Source: the human T2T-CHM13v2.0 reference genome, Homo sapiens
Reading direction: 5' to 3' (one strand)
NCBI RefSeq assembly: GCF_009914755.1
Contig: NC_060933.1
Length of the DNA: 64,000 bases
Shown here: positions 45,194 through 60,690 of the stretch, one piece after another
How the letters are laid out: each line of letters starts with the position of its first letter
How positions within the stretch are numbered: the first letter of the stretch is position 1
Notes under the pieces: model-generated
What the model saw: the letters and a program-made list of their open reading frames with translations, nothing else
Database searches by the model: none
Told to the model about the DNA's origin: nothing
Translations under genes and position numbers: made by a program

Positions 45194-45820
45194 GGGCAAA
45201 CCCACCTGTAACATTTACAGGGCTTAGGCAAGGGTTCAAATAGAGACCTACAGACCATACATCTGAATATTTAAATATTTAAAAGTTTTAAAACAAGCAT
45301 ACAAACTATTAAATATTTTCTATCCTCCTGCCATAATAAATATACCTTTACAACTGACTAGAAGGCCAGGTTCATATTGTGTTTTTGTATTTTGCATTCC
45401 ATGGAGAAAAGCAGTGGTGCAGGGCAAATTGGCCATTGGCTCACTGCCCACAGCCCCCTCTCCATCCTGTACTGCAAGCTCTATCCCATACCCTATTCCC
45501 CACTGACAGCTATCCTTAGGCCACCCTTAGACCTAGGGATGTATACACCAGTAGCATAGTCCACTCCCAGGAGGACAGACCCCAGGGGAGAGACTCACAC
45601 AGGCTCCAGAAACAAGCTCAAGGCCATTTGGGCAAGAAGTTCTGAGATGCTGGGTGCTCAAAGCATGGTCTAGGATGGAAGGGTTTAGTCTCCAAGTGAC
45701 CATGTTCCGTAGGCCCCAGAGACTCCTTGCCCTGTGGAAAGGGCACTGGTAGAGGAGGGACAAAGCAGATCCTTCTAAAGCATCAGGCCAAGGCAGGGGT
45801 CCCTCTTGCCAGGACCAGTA
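45194..45820 (+). mobile_element. MER115-like (hAT-Tip100) DNA transposon
   Basis: atatttaaaagtt...ctatcctcc...gaaggccaggttca...aggaggacagacccagg...ggccatttgggcaag...gactccttgccctgtgg matches MER115 as recalled. Confidence 0.7.
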
Positions 45821-45939
45821 TTTCTGAAGAACTGGATAACATTATATTTCTTAACCTGGATCATAATAACATGGTTACTCAATTTATACTTATTTGTTAA
45901 ACTATACATATGTTTTATGTACTTTTTCACAAATAACAG

Positions 45940-46587
45940 GACAGATATCATGGTCTGCTTACTGGATGCACTGAAAAATACATAACACTTTTGAGATACT
46001 TTTACCAAAAACCAATAACCTGCATCTAATCATGAAGATCCAATCAGACAGATACAAATCCAGGAACTTTCTACAAAACAACAGACCCAAATTCTTCAAA
46101 AACATGTCAAAAAAGACAAAGAAAGGCTGTAAAAATTATTCTAGGCTGAAAGGAAGTAAACTGACATGAAAACTAAATGGACTGCATGATTCCGGATTGG
46201 ATTCTGGGTCATAGGGAAAATGCTGTAAAGGACATGATATAACAATTGATTAAATTTAAATATGGACAACTGACATTATATCAATATTAAATTTTCTGAT
46301 TTCAACCATTATACTAGGGGTATATAAGAATATGTCTTTATTCTTAGGAGATATATCCAGAATATCTCCTGGATATGCAGGGGTGAAGGGTCATAATGTC
46401 TGCAACTCACTCTTAAATGATCCAGCAATAATTCTGTGTGTGTATACTCACATGCACACATATGTGCTGTGTATGTATTGGGGGGGTGATAAAGCAAATG
46501 CAGCAAAATAATAACAATTGACAAATCTAAGGAAAGAGCATACGCACTGGACTGTCCTTGTAACTCTTAAAATAGTCTCAAAACAAT
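45940..46587 (+). mobile_element. Old L1M (MC/ME-type) 3' end
   Basis: tctaatcatgaag...cagacagatacaaat...ttcttaggagatatat...ggggtgaagggtcataatgtctgcaact. Confidence 0.7.
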
Positions 46588-47094
46588 TCATTCGATCCAG
46601 CAATCCCATTACCGAGTATATACCCAAAGGAAAATAAATCATATTAAAAAGATAACTGCATTCATATTTTTATAGAAGCACTATTTACAATAGCAAAGAT
46701 ACAGAATCAATATAAGTGTCCACCAATGGGCAATTGGATAAAGAAAATGTGGAATACTACTCAGCCATAAAAAAGAATGAAATAATGTCTTTTGCAGTTC
46801 CATGGATGGAACTGGAGGCCATTCTTTTAAGTGAAATAGAAAGTCAAATACAGCATGTTCTCACCTATAAGTGGGAACTAAATGATGTGTACACGTGGTC
46901 ATAGAGTGTGGAATAATAGGCACTGGAGACTCAGAAGGGTGGGAGGGGCTGAGGGATAAGAAATTACTTAATGGGTACAATGTACACTATTCAGGTGATG
47001 GGTACACTAAAAGCCCAGACTTCACCACTATGCAATATATGCATGTAACACAACTGCTCTTGTAACCCCTAAACTTATACTAATTAAAAAATAA
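46588..47094 (+). mobile_element. L1PB (PB3/4-like) 3' end
   Basis: cattcgatccagcaatccca...atagagtgtggaataataggcactggagactcagaagg...aaaagcccagacttcaccactatgcaata. Confidence 0.85.
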
Positions 47095-47095
47095 G

Positions 47096-47734
<639 letters not shown>

Positions 47735-47899
47735 AAAAGTTTAAAAAATAAACTGTAGAGTTAAACAAAGGTGTTGTCTATGGGGAGAGGAATTAGATGG
47801 CTGAAATAGGAAGTAGTATAAATGCTATTCACTTTGTTCATTCTTCCATTTCATCTGTACCTTTCAGATTTTGTTCATATTAACAAATGCCTTCTCCGT

Positions 47900-48108
<209 letters not shown>

Positions 48109-48841
48109 TAATATTATTATATGCAGGTGTTTTTGTGGGTGGACCAAGAGTCCTAAACATACCTTTGGCAAAATGTATCACCTCTTAGGCACCAAGAAAA
48201 AGAACACTAGATCATAAGGTTATTTTTCTCATTAACCAAGAAAGATTTTAAGAAGAAATATATGCTGCCTGCACAAGATACCCTGGTCCTTCCTAGGACC
48301 CTCTTGTCCAGGAACACATATTCAAATTAGCCCAAAAGCTAAAGCCAGAGGAGGTGTTTCCTTCAACTAATTTTCAACCTTCTTTTGCCAGCAGACATAA
48401 AATTTACTAAATTAAGTCCAAGCATCTCCTTCTAGATTAGTGGCAGAGAATTTCCTTTATATTATTTTGTATCCTATAATCTAATTCTACCATTAGATTG
48501 GTAGACTAGAGGTGAAGCCCTGCTCATTAGCAAGGTGACAATATTTCACACTAAATAGTTGACTTCCAGGCATCTGTGAAAGATGCAAACCAAGACCCAA
48601 TGATTACAATGAATAAAGCCATACTTCAAGCCTATTATGCTTGAACTCTTAATTCAGACTATTCACTGTGTTTTCATTCTCCATTCTTCCTAGGATAATG
48701 TGAGCATGAATAAAAGGAAAAAGGCACTTAAACATACTTAAAGACAAATAACAATTTACTCATATTCACATATTATCTCACGTGCATAGCTATCTCAAAC
48801 AATAAGTAACACACCATATCATAATCAAACATGCAAAGTAC

Positions 48842-48912
48842 CTGAAAGAGTGCCACCTGTCCTGGGATAGGCCACTTCAACATATACTTCAAATGTGGTC
48901 TCTGGATTCTGC
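48842..48912 (-). CDS. DENND1A: DENND1A coding exon 2 (71 nt), N-terminal uDENN region
   Basis: Minus strand reads ...ctgtttcttttgtag|G CAG AAT CCA GAG ACC ACA TTT GAA GTA TAT GTT GAA GTG GCC TAT CCC AGG ACA GGT GGC ACT CTT TCA G|gtactt. This translates to (K)QNPETTFEVYVEVAYPRTGGTLS(D), matching the recalled DENND1A N-terminus MGSRIKQNPETTFEVYVEVAYPRTGGTLSD. Canonical AG/GT boundaries and a polypyrimidine tract are present. Confidence 0.97.
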
Positions 48913-49141
48913 CTACAAAAGAAACAGATCATGATTACTGACAAAGATTGAGGCAGCATGGTATAGAACATGTGGGCTATGGTATTAAACAGATCTTCCT
49001 TGAAATCATTAGCTCACAACTTAATGGCCGTGGAACTTTGGACAAGCTACACTATTTCTCTGAGACCATGCCTTCCTAAACTACAAAATGAAAACACTTA
49101 GCCAAAGAATTACTGTAAAACTTGAAATATATATATATACA

Positions 49142-49440
<299 letters not shown>

Positions 49441-49849
49441 TTATACACACACACACACACACACAAATTGTCTAGGCATGATGTCTGGCACATAATAGGC
49501 TAGCCATTACTATGGTTTTACAGATGTCACATTTCCAATTTCCACAGCTGGATCACCAAACCCAGAGGTAGAAATTTGAGGAAACTCAGACCAAGGCAAC
49601 ACCAGCACAAATTAGCCCTCTCCTCAGTATATTCCAGAATAAAACACGAATGTGACAAGATTAACTTGCTTATGTACAGGTTTTCAAGACTTAAACAAGA
49701 GGAACAGTGTATCTCACTAGACTACTGTGAAGACAAGATGCCAATCTAAACGTAAGACACTGTTCCCACATAGCTATATAACCTTGATAAGTTCACGATC
49801 TTCAGGATTCAATGGGCCTTCACCTGTATTGGCAATGGTAACTGTATGA

Positions 49850-50330
<481 letters not shown>

Positions 50331-51619
50331 TAAAAATCATGTAGCAGAAGAAAATGTTGTACTTTCAAATATCTGTAACTTAATTCTATTTTAAATCTGA
50401 CAACAAACATGAGGTAAGAAACCTTCTGAGTTGCCTAATCATCTCTAAGGATTTATTTACATCAAATAAATACTTTTAATATGCCCAGCGGCATCTACTT
50501 TTCAAAATAGCAATCTCAGTTATCTCATTTCATCGTCATCATAATCCTGAGAGATAGGTGTGTCAGGATTACTACAACCATACAAATGAGCAACCTCATG
50601 CAAAGGGATTCTAAAGTGACTTGTCTAGAAACATGGCCAGGACCAGAACTCATGCCTCCTGTTTATCAAATCCTATTTCACTCGATTCTAGAATGAACTG
50701 TTTCCCCCCACGTTTTCATATCTCTTACAACCGACAGCATTTTACAATTCTAAGAGCCGGCATTTTTTCCTAGTAATACCTTAAATAAAGGCTTATATTA
50801 TAAATAATGGCATTTTACACTCACTAAAAAATGGTAATACTCCCTCTACTTCCTTAGGAGGGGAAAGAAAAATAAGTGTTTTGTGAATCAGGAATCTACT
50901 TATTTCGGGGGTGTAAAATCGTCATTTCTCCCCCAGAGAGAAACATGGGCTTTTGCTTTCAAGCGTCTGTAGCAAAGACCTGGCTGCTCTAAAATTCAAG
51001 GTATTTAAATATACCTTGTCAAACTGAGTTATTTTTAAAATCAGACATTAAGTCACAGTATCTTACTTAAAAAAATTAAGTAAACTGAAGTTTCAAGAGG
51101 ACCTTAAAAAATTGTTGTGCTCTTTTTTCCCTGCAAGAGGGTACAAAATGATCTTGGCATCTTTGGCATATGGGACCAAATATTTGTGGAAAATACCATA
51201 TGCAAACACCCCTTTCATTCAAAAGATCTTAAGGTAGAACATTTGATGAAAGAAAGGGAAGTTCAAAGGTTCTTTCATGAGTAATAGGTAGTATAATCTG
51301 AAGAGCATCAGGAAGATTCTCTCTGAAACCTCAAAATGTCTTTCTTAAGCCTAGTTTGCAAATGGCTGAATTTCATCTCAGAATTTCATTCCTTTGGATT
51401 AATATAACAGCCTTCAAAGTGTGTTCTTCAGGACCCTAGGACTTCATGGAGGTTCTTTAGAGCTTCCCACATTTTTACTCAAGTTTCCATTTTTAATTTA
51501 TTTTTATGCATTTTAAAAATTGAAATAAAATGAGCATGCAAAGGTGTTATATCCAAACTTTAAAACACGGGGACACCAACACATTATCCTGTACCACAGG
51601 GTGTTTTGTACAGCCCTGC

Positions 51620-53290
51620 TATCTAAGTGAAAAATGGCCTAATGTATATACTCATTGTTTCTGCTGCTTCTTCCTTTCTCTAACATACTCCAACCAGGCT
51701 TCTGAACCCACGACACCACTGAAACAACTTGGTCAAGGTAACCACAGACCTCTGCATTGCTAAAATGTATTTAAATGCTCAATTCTCAGTGCTCATCTTA
51801 CTCGGCCTGTCAATAGCATTTGATAGTTCATCCATCTGCCCTCCTCCTTGAATGTCTTTCTTTTCTTGGCTTCCAGGACGTTGCTCTCTGTTGATCCTCT
51901 TCCTACCTCACTGGCTACTCCTTTGCGAATTCCTTCTCAGGTTAGCTCTCCTACTGTCCCTGTCTCCACTCATTGCTTAGATGATCTCATTCAGTCTCTG
52001 GGCTTTCATTACCATGCATACAAGCCCCAGTCACATCTCCAACCTGACTACTTCTTCCCTGACTCCAGACTCCCTTACCCAGCTGCCTACTCAACATCCC
52101 CACTGGGCCAGGCATGGTGGGGGATGCCCAGCTACTGGAGAGGCCAACGCAGGAGGATTGTTTGAGGCCAGGAGTTTGAGACCAGCCTGAGCAACATAGC
52201 AAAACCTTGTTTCAAAAAAAAAAAAAAAAAATCCCATTTGGGCATCTAAGAAGCATTTCTAATTTAACATATCATATTTTTCTCCCTCAAACCTGCATCT
52301 CCTGAACTCTACTAGTTGCTGAGACTAACAAAACTTAATGTCATCCTCGACTCCCGTTTCATATGCCACAGTCAACCAATCAGAAAATTCTACTGATTCT
52401 ACCATCAAAATACATCCAGAATCTCAACGTTTCTCAGCACCCCCAAATACAACCATCCTTGATAGATCACTATCATATCACCTCGATTACTGCAGCACCC
52501 TCCTGATGGGTCTCCCTGCTTTCTTCCTTGCCCCTCTATAGAGTCAGATCACAACATTAACAGACAGTAATCCTTTTATTCTGAAGTTCAGGTTATGTCA
52601 CTTCTTTGCTCAAATCTCCTAAAAGCTCCCCACACCACTCAAAGTCAAGTCAAAGTTGTAGTCCTGGAGCTGCACATTGACAATTGTTGCCCCACAATAT
52701 GAATACACATAATACCTTTGAACTGTACACTTGAACGTGGTTAAGATGGGAAGTCTTATGTGAAATTTACCACAATTTAAACAAACAAAACAGAAAAAGA
52801 AGGTGGCAGTCCTTAGCAATGCCTACAAAGTCCTACATGATCTGGCCTCTGCCTACCTGTCCAACTTCATTTTATACCTCTCTCCCCTTGCCCACTGAAC
52901 TCCAGCCACAATGACCTTCTTTCTGCTCCTCAAACACACCAAAGAGAAGTCCCATCTTACAGTCCTTTATATTGATCTTCACACAGGTGGTCCTTCTTGG
53001 CATTGAAAACTCAGCTTATATTTGGCCTCCTCAGAAAGACCTTCCCCAACACACACTCTATCACCTAACTGTAATTCTCCACATTATACCTGCCATAATC
53101 TTGGTTTACAGTCAGTCTCCTTTCTCTAAATGTAAGCTGCTGGAGAGCAGGGATCTTGTCTATCATGTCAAGGAGTGTTTCCCTGGTGCCTGGGAAGTGA
53201 CTGGCACACAGCCAGTGCCACCTAAATACTGGGTAGAAGGCATAAAGAATAGAGTTGCCTTCCTGAGGTCTAAAAGATTTCAATAAATGA
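51620..53290 (+). mobile_element. L2 (L2a-like) long fragment with inserts
   Basis: catcttactcggcctgtcaatagcatttga...gatgatctcattcagtctc...aaaatacatccagaatc...tgtaagctgctggagagcaggga. Confidence 0.82.
52106..52231 (+). mobile_element. Alu monomer (FLAM-like)
   Basis: ggccaggcatggtgg...gaggccaggagtttgagaccagcctgagc plus A tail. Confidence 0.85.
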
Positions 53291-53309
53291 TGGGTGTGAT
53301 CATCCAGTT

Positions 53310-53480
53310 CCACGATTCTCAAACTTTAGCAAGTACTATAGTCACCTGGAGGGCTTAACTAAAAGATTTCAGTTCCCATCCCCAGAGTGTCTCAGGTAGG
53401 ACCCAAGAATTGTATTTCTAACAAGTCTCCAAGTCATCCTGATGCTGCTGGACCCGTGACCATACTTTAAGAACTACCAG
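53310..53480. mobile_element. MER5A-like (hAT-Charlie)
   Basis: ttctcaaacttta...tcacctggagggctt...tttctaacaag...gatgctgctgg...catactttaagaac. Confidence 0.8.
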
Positions 53481-54519
53481 TTAAGTAGAATTCTTCCAGA
53501 TAATTTAGAATATACATCATAAACATAGGGGATACCACAGTAATCCATTATTTCAATAGTGCGTTTGCAATAAAAGATAAATTTCAAAGAAAAAAGGCAT
53601 TTGTGGAAACAAGGAAGGTTATTCCTCTTCTTCTACCACTATCTGTAGTTACTGCCTCACTCTAATGAGTCATAATAAAGCCACCTAAGATTCTTACTCA
53701 GTTCAAACAGCTGGTAGAGTTCTATTCCATTACATGGAGCCAAGGATTATGACAGTCTCAAAAAAAAAAAAAAAAAGAGCTAAAATGCTAAGAACAAATT
53801 GGTCTATAATTATAAGTTATGGTCATGCTTATCCATGATCATTTCCATGTTGCCTTATGGAAGAAGTGGTGAGTAATGTTGTGACAAGTTATGTAACATA
53901 CCAACAAATATACATCAGTTATTTTAAGGGCCAGGGAAGCCAACGCAGATAGAAGCATTCTCTATTTCTCTGCAAATCAAAAATAAAAAAGTGCCTCCTC
54001 TAAATGCAAATAGCCAAGCAACCCCCTTAGTTGGTATTTTCATTAAGCCTGTAAACAATTAAGACTATAACAATTTCCAGAGGCTCTCTGCGACCACCTT
54101 GAGATTGCTTATCCCTCCATTACTCTTCAAGATGTTTAATATTTTTAACTTTTTGGCTAAAGGAACTGAAAATCCTATTTCTGTCCTATTAACACTCACT
54201 GCTAATTTGGTACATGTAATGATGCTGAGAATGCCACATTCAGAGCCAATTTTCCAATATGGACCCAAGTTTTCCCAGAACACTTCATGATACATCTTAA
54301 GATATTACCATGGAAATGTCCTGGCTCTGCCATGATATCCCATTATTAATTGTTTCATTCTCCTATAGACTCCTAACCCTGCCCACCTGCCAAGCATTTT
54401 TTTTGCCTCCCACCCCCCATCTTCTTCAGTCTTGTACCCTACAATCCAGCCATATAGATCTACTTGTAGCTCTCTAAGCAAACCATGCATGCATGCCCTA
54501 ATTCTAGGACAATTATACC

Positions 54520-54750
54520 ATTTCCATACAGCTAACACCACTTACTGCTTCCTATGTGCCAGCCATGATCCTAAGCACTTCACATGCATTACCTCAATTA
54601 GTCCTCAACAACCCCACAGGTAATACTACTCCCGGTTTAGAGATGAGGACACTGAAGCTCACAGAGAATAAATTGGCCAAAGACAAAATGACCAAGCAGC
54701 AGAATCAGCATGGAACTAACTCCAAAGACAATAACCACTTCACTATTCTA
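54520..54750 (-). mobile_element. MIR within L2 remnants (~54300-55310)
   Basis: gtcctcaacaaccccacagg...gatgaggacactgaagctcacaga. Confidence 0.75.
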
Positions 54751-54878
54751 CATTATTCAATTGCTTTTTTGCCAAGAACAGTCTTTCCAGGCTTTTTCAC
54801 TTGACAAACTCAGGCACTTCCTCTTCTCTAGGAAGTATTATTGTTCAACAACCCTCCCATCTCCCACCTGACCTGCGA

Positions 54879-54879
54879 G

Positions 54880-54924
<45 letters not shown>

Positions 54925-54963
54925 TCTCTCTCTCACACACACACACACAGACGCACGCACACA
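54879..54963. repeat. Compound microsatellite (GC)5(AC)16..(TC)n(AC)n
   Basis: Seen directly. Confidence 0.97.
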
Positions 54964-55044
54964 GCCTAGACTGGGTTAAGTGCCCCACCTTTATGCTCCC
55001 AAGCACCCTGTACTTCCCACTCTCCAGGCTCTCACCATATCCAA

Positions 55045-55192
55045 CCCTGGTACAATTACAATTACCTGGGGGGCTTTTAAAAATCCTGATGCCCAGTCTA
55101 TATCGCAGACCAATTAAATCAGAATCTCCAGGCACTGATACTTTTTAATTCCTAAACTTATTCCAAAGTACAGTCAAGGTTGAGAACCACTG
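55045..55192. mobile_element. MER5-like
   Basis: cagaccaattaaatcagaatctc...caaggttgagaaccactg. Confidence 0.75.
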
Positions 55193-55592
55193 GTGTGTCT
55201 CAGATAAAATATAATACATTCTTCCCCACTAGACTGGCAGCTCCTTGAGGGTACCAACTGTGTCTTCTCATAACCCTAGTCTGACACCTGGCTCAATAAA
55301 TGTTTCATGAATGAGTTTTCCTCCAACATCTGACACGTTTCCAGCTCCCACTAATCACTTCTCTTTCTCTGACAAGAGGTAATTTACAGAATACACACTG
55401 CTTACACCTATTACTCTGTAAAGATGTTTTCCTTTGGAGTAAAAGTTCTCAATAAGTCACACCTGCTGACAACAGCCTCAGCTCTTAAACACTGAAAAAT
55501 GGCAAATACAAACAGCTAAAACGTTTTTGAAAGAAGGGAGGTCTGCTCAGTTTTTGCTTCTGGGAGAATGAAGGCTGAGGGTAAGCCAATAG

Positions 55593-55967
<375 letters not shown>

Positions 55968-57134
55968 AGGACCATGTTCTCAAAAAGATTAAGTACACTC
56001 AGCTTGAAGCCATGAAATAGACAAAGGCTTTGACAGTATTTAGGCAGCAGCAAAGCTTAATGGCGTTTTTTGTTTTGTTTTTTTTTTCAAGGCATCATGC
56101 TATTGATCACTCTGCTGGATCATCAGCTTTTAATTAGGATCTACTTTTCCTCAATTAGAATATATGAGATTAGGAGAAAAATGTAACATTAACTCCTCAT
56201 AAAATGAATCTGTGTTGCATATGGTAACCATGCCACAATGGTAGGCCCTAGTCCTTTTAAGGGTAATTTAGAGCTACAGACCTGAAACGAAATAGTTATT
56301 AGGACCCCTTACTCATTTCACGGTCTTCAAAACTTCAAACCGGCTTCAGCGCAGTGTTTCCTTAGTTACAAACTTACATGCTGAAGGGGCTGAGGTGTAC
56401 CGTTTAAAAATTCATACCAATTGAACTCTCTTAAACTTGACAACATGGTCAAAAGAAACTGTATACACTTCAGAACGCACTAGCAAACACCACCTAATAA
56501 ACATTGAGTCCTTTAAGCTAGAAAAACAAGCAAAAAGGTAGTGTTAAAATTTCCAACAAGTCTCCATTTGTTTCACTGGACTCTGAAATTAAAGCCTTTT
56601 TTTCCAGGCTGAAAACATTGTATCAAAGAGTGCTTTCTAGCCCATAACAAGTTAACACCTCCATAGGAGAATGCAGTCATTGTTGAGACTTGTTAGAAAA
56701 TTAACTTAGTTGTGTAATTACACAAACAAGTCGTTTCAAGACTACACTTAACTTCATTTCTAATAATGTTCTCAGGATCAGATTAATGAAGATACGCAGA
56801 TATTGCTACGAAAAGAGTCACGAAGGTTTACCTTCCATATATCCCTACGGGAAGATTCTTAAGCCTCTAAGTGCAAGCAAGGTAACTGGAGGAGGGTTAG
56901 CTGCATTCCAAGCAGAGAGACAAAGCCTGAACACCCCTCAGCAATGTGCAGTACAACACACAGTGTTAATAAGTTGTCTCATATGCTGAGCTGCAGTGTA
57001 AAATCTAGGCTTTACCCATTAAGGGCATTTGCAAAGGTGATATTTATCTCATTATCAATAAACATTTTTGACCTTACAAAAATGTAAAAACCTCCCCTTC
57101 CCTTTCTGAACAGTTTAGTCCTAAACCTGTTAGG

Positions 57135-58842
57135 TAGGCAGAGTGAGGTAGACGTTCATGCTGGTGACAGCCCAGTGTGAGATGTCAGAGCCTGGGCGGG
57201 GCAAGGAAGGTGTCCCTATGAAGGGGCAACATCCATGCTGAGGGATGTCCTGGCATAAGATGCACAATCCAACTGATGAGGAAGACATCTACTCAGGGAA
57301 CAACCTGGTGTGGGAAGTCAGAACCTGAGTGGGGTGGAAGGGTATTCACGCACAGCACAGCTGGGCCTGGGGTGTTGAAGCACAGGCAGAATGAGGGGGT
57401 ACCCATGTGAGGGCATCCCAACACAGGGTGTCAGAGCTGCAGAGGGTGAGGAGCATGTCTAAGCATTAGGGCCCCCGAGAATGGAGGCCAGTGCCCAAGC
57501 AGGCATGAGGAGATCGTCCATGTTGGGTAGGAGGAGGCTTCCCAGAGTGAGTGGGAGTCAGAGTCCAAGCAGGGCAGTGGGGCAGGAGGTGTGGAGAACC
57601 ACCATCAAGTCCTTGTGATGCCAAGAAAGCAAGGTGAAGAAGGAGGCGAGCATGCACACAGGGTGGAGGTGAAGGGGCCGTGTGCCTAATCTGAACCCAA
57701 GGCTACTTGGAAGACATGGGGAAGGCTGGTTTCTTACAGTTGAAGTTAACAGAAAACCAACATGACTTATACAAAGTTGGATTTGAAATGCAGATATTAG
57801 AATGTGCTCAAGGTTTATATGTATATATATAACTTGATAGAAAAATAAAGCATAAATGTAACCTGACTTTTCACATGCACACATATTTCCCAGCTCTGGC
57901 TACTGGGAGGGCCTGGGAGCAGCAACACCCCAACAGCAATGAGCACACCTAATTCCCAGGCCTTGGCTTCTAAATACAATTCTCCTCTAAAAGGAACCAG
58001 GGCTCCTAGGAGAAATAGCTGATTCTAGCACTAAGACAGGGAACGTGCTAGATGAACTTGGAACATTTTTTGTGCCAGGAAGCAAAGAAGTGCTCAAAGA
58101 ATGATGGGGATACATTGAAGGGACACGGGAGCAAGCCTGAAAGGGCTTCCACTGGCCAAATCTGGGGCAGTCTGAGCATCCAAATCAGTAAGGATATTAA
58201 CAGATTTGGATCCATCAAATAAAACAAGAAGCCATGAGTTCATACGCATCTAAATAAGGGAATAAATTGAAAAGTTTAATGAGAAATGGTATATTTACAC
58301 AGTTTCAAAGTACCTCCCCCACAAAATACTGAATACAAGGGAGAAGAGAGTAACTTTCAATGCAGAAGTTTGGCAAAAACCTAGTCAAGTCAAAGTGATC
58401 ACCATCAGTAATGGAAGAAACTGCTGGACCGCAAAGAGCAGGGCACACCATCACTGCTGCGATATTCCTGTCGGAGATGCTACACCTGAAGAAACATCAG
58501 ACAAAACCAAGTGGAAGGACCTTCTAGAAAATATCTGGCCTTAATCTTCAAAAGTGTCAACGTCATGAAAATCAAGGAAAGGCTGAAAATCTCTTCCAGA
58601 CTAAAGGAAACTAAAGAGAAATGACAACTAAATGCAATGTGTGATTCTTTTGCTGTAAAGGATGTTATTGGGACCACTAGTGAAACCTGAATGCAGTCTT
58701 AGGATTAGACGTAGTAACAAATTGCCATTAACTTGCTGATTTTGATGTTTGCATTGCGTTAGAGGGGAGAATAACCTTGTTTGTAGGAGAAGCACACTGA
58801 AACATTCAAGGGTGATGATGCATCAGGTCAATACCGTGCTTT

Positions 58843-58895
<53 letters not shown>

Positions 58896-58950
58896 TTTAA
58901 GTTCTTTACACTGTACTGCCAACTTTTCTATAAGATTCTAGTTCCTGGAA
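57135..58950 (+). mobile_element. Second L1MC3/L1MC4-type 3' end with internal tandem array
   Basis: Same array motif and the same downstream text as 26090-28295 (agcagcaacacc, aaaaggaacc, aaagtttaatgagaaatgg). Confidence 0.78.
58847..58892. repeat. (TG)23 microsatellite
   Basis: Perfect dinucleotide run. Confidence 0.97.
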
Positions 58951-59019
58951 AAATATTTTTTTAAAATCATTCATTAAATACCAATTTCTCTGACCTTCCT
59001 TTTACCAAGACTTTCTCAC

Positions 59020-59270
59020 AGGAATGACATGTGGTTCTATGGAAAGAACCCCAAACTAAACATCAGGAGGCTTGGGTTCAAATCCCAGGTAGATCCCTTA
59101 CTTGTTATGGGATTAGGACAAGCCATTTAACCTTTCGGCTTCCTCCTCTGTCAAGATATATACCTGCCCTGCTCATCTCAAAAGTTGTTTCAGGGATCAA
59201 ATGAGAGAAAAATGAGAAAGTGCTTTGTAAACTAAAAGATGTTAAACTAATGTAAAGGGTATTATCACGT
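59020..59270 (+). mobile_element. MIR
   Basis: cttgggttcaaatccc...ggatcaaatgagag...aaagtgctttgtaaact. Confidence 0.75.
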
Positions 59271-59494
59271 ATCATATAAAAATAAAATGGCTTCACCTTA
59301 CCAATAATAGGCTTTATAAGTAATCCACATATTACTGTGTATTTCAAAGACTCAAAACCATTAGGCTTTCAAATACCGTCACTAAAAGCAATCCAGAAAA
59401 TAGGGAACTATCCGAATAGAAACATTAGTCTAGGCAATAAATAAAGGGATTTTAAGAACAAGGGATGGATTGTGCAGTCAGAAAGAAATTCTCA

Positions 59495-59914
<420 letters not shown>

Positions 59915-60459
59915 TCAGTAATAAAGTGAACATCTGTAAAATACTTTATGGTTACCTTAGAACTCACATATGTTTCTGAAGCTGATTGTCAAAACCGTGT
60001 CAGGTAATAAGATGGTGGTATTTTCCTTGTTTTACAGTAAGGGAAACTGAGGCCAGGAAGTGGTAGAACTCCAACTGAACCCTGGTTTTAAGATTCCAAA
60101 ACCCATGCCTTTTCCACCACACCACGTTGCCTGTCCAAAAATTACTCACACCTGTTTAGAGTGGCTGGGGGAATGGTGGGCCACAGACTTCTCTGAGGAG
60201 GCCATGAAAAGCTTCACCATCTCCCCAGAAAAATGTGCTTAAATGGAATATTTTTTACATAAAAATGTCAAGGCGTTCATGAAGCTATTTATGGAGGAAT
60301 ATGCAACAAGAACCCCTTGTTTCATTGATGACTTGCTTTTATGTTCTTTCTTATTTAACCCTCCCGCCAAGCCTGTGAGGGGAAGGTTATTTCCATTACC
60401 CCATCTAAGAAGAGCAGATATTCTGCAGAAGACCAAGTCACTTCTAAATCTTGTTAATA

Positions 60460-60690
60460 TGTACTAAACACTTAAATATGTGTCAGATATTTTTCTAAGC
60501 ACTTTTCATCTATTATTTCACTTAACCTTCCCAACAACTCTATGAAAGAACTACTATTACCATCATTCTCATTTTACAGATGAGGAAACTGAAATACAAG
60601 TTCAGAAGCTTGTCCAAGTTCACACAGTTTGTAAGAGATAGAGCTGGAATTTGAACCCAGAGAGTGTGGCTCTAGAGTCTATATTCTTGA
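60460..60690 (-). mobile_element. MIR
   Basis: cattttacagatgaggaaactgaa...ggaatttgaacccag. Confidence 0.85.

Noticed and set aside
49680-49751. Plus-strand exon-like segment (tacag|...|gtaaga) suggesting an antisense transcript
   Set aside because: Isolated, weak pyrimidine tract, and no partner exons or promoter identifiable.
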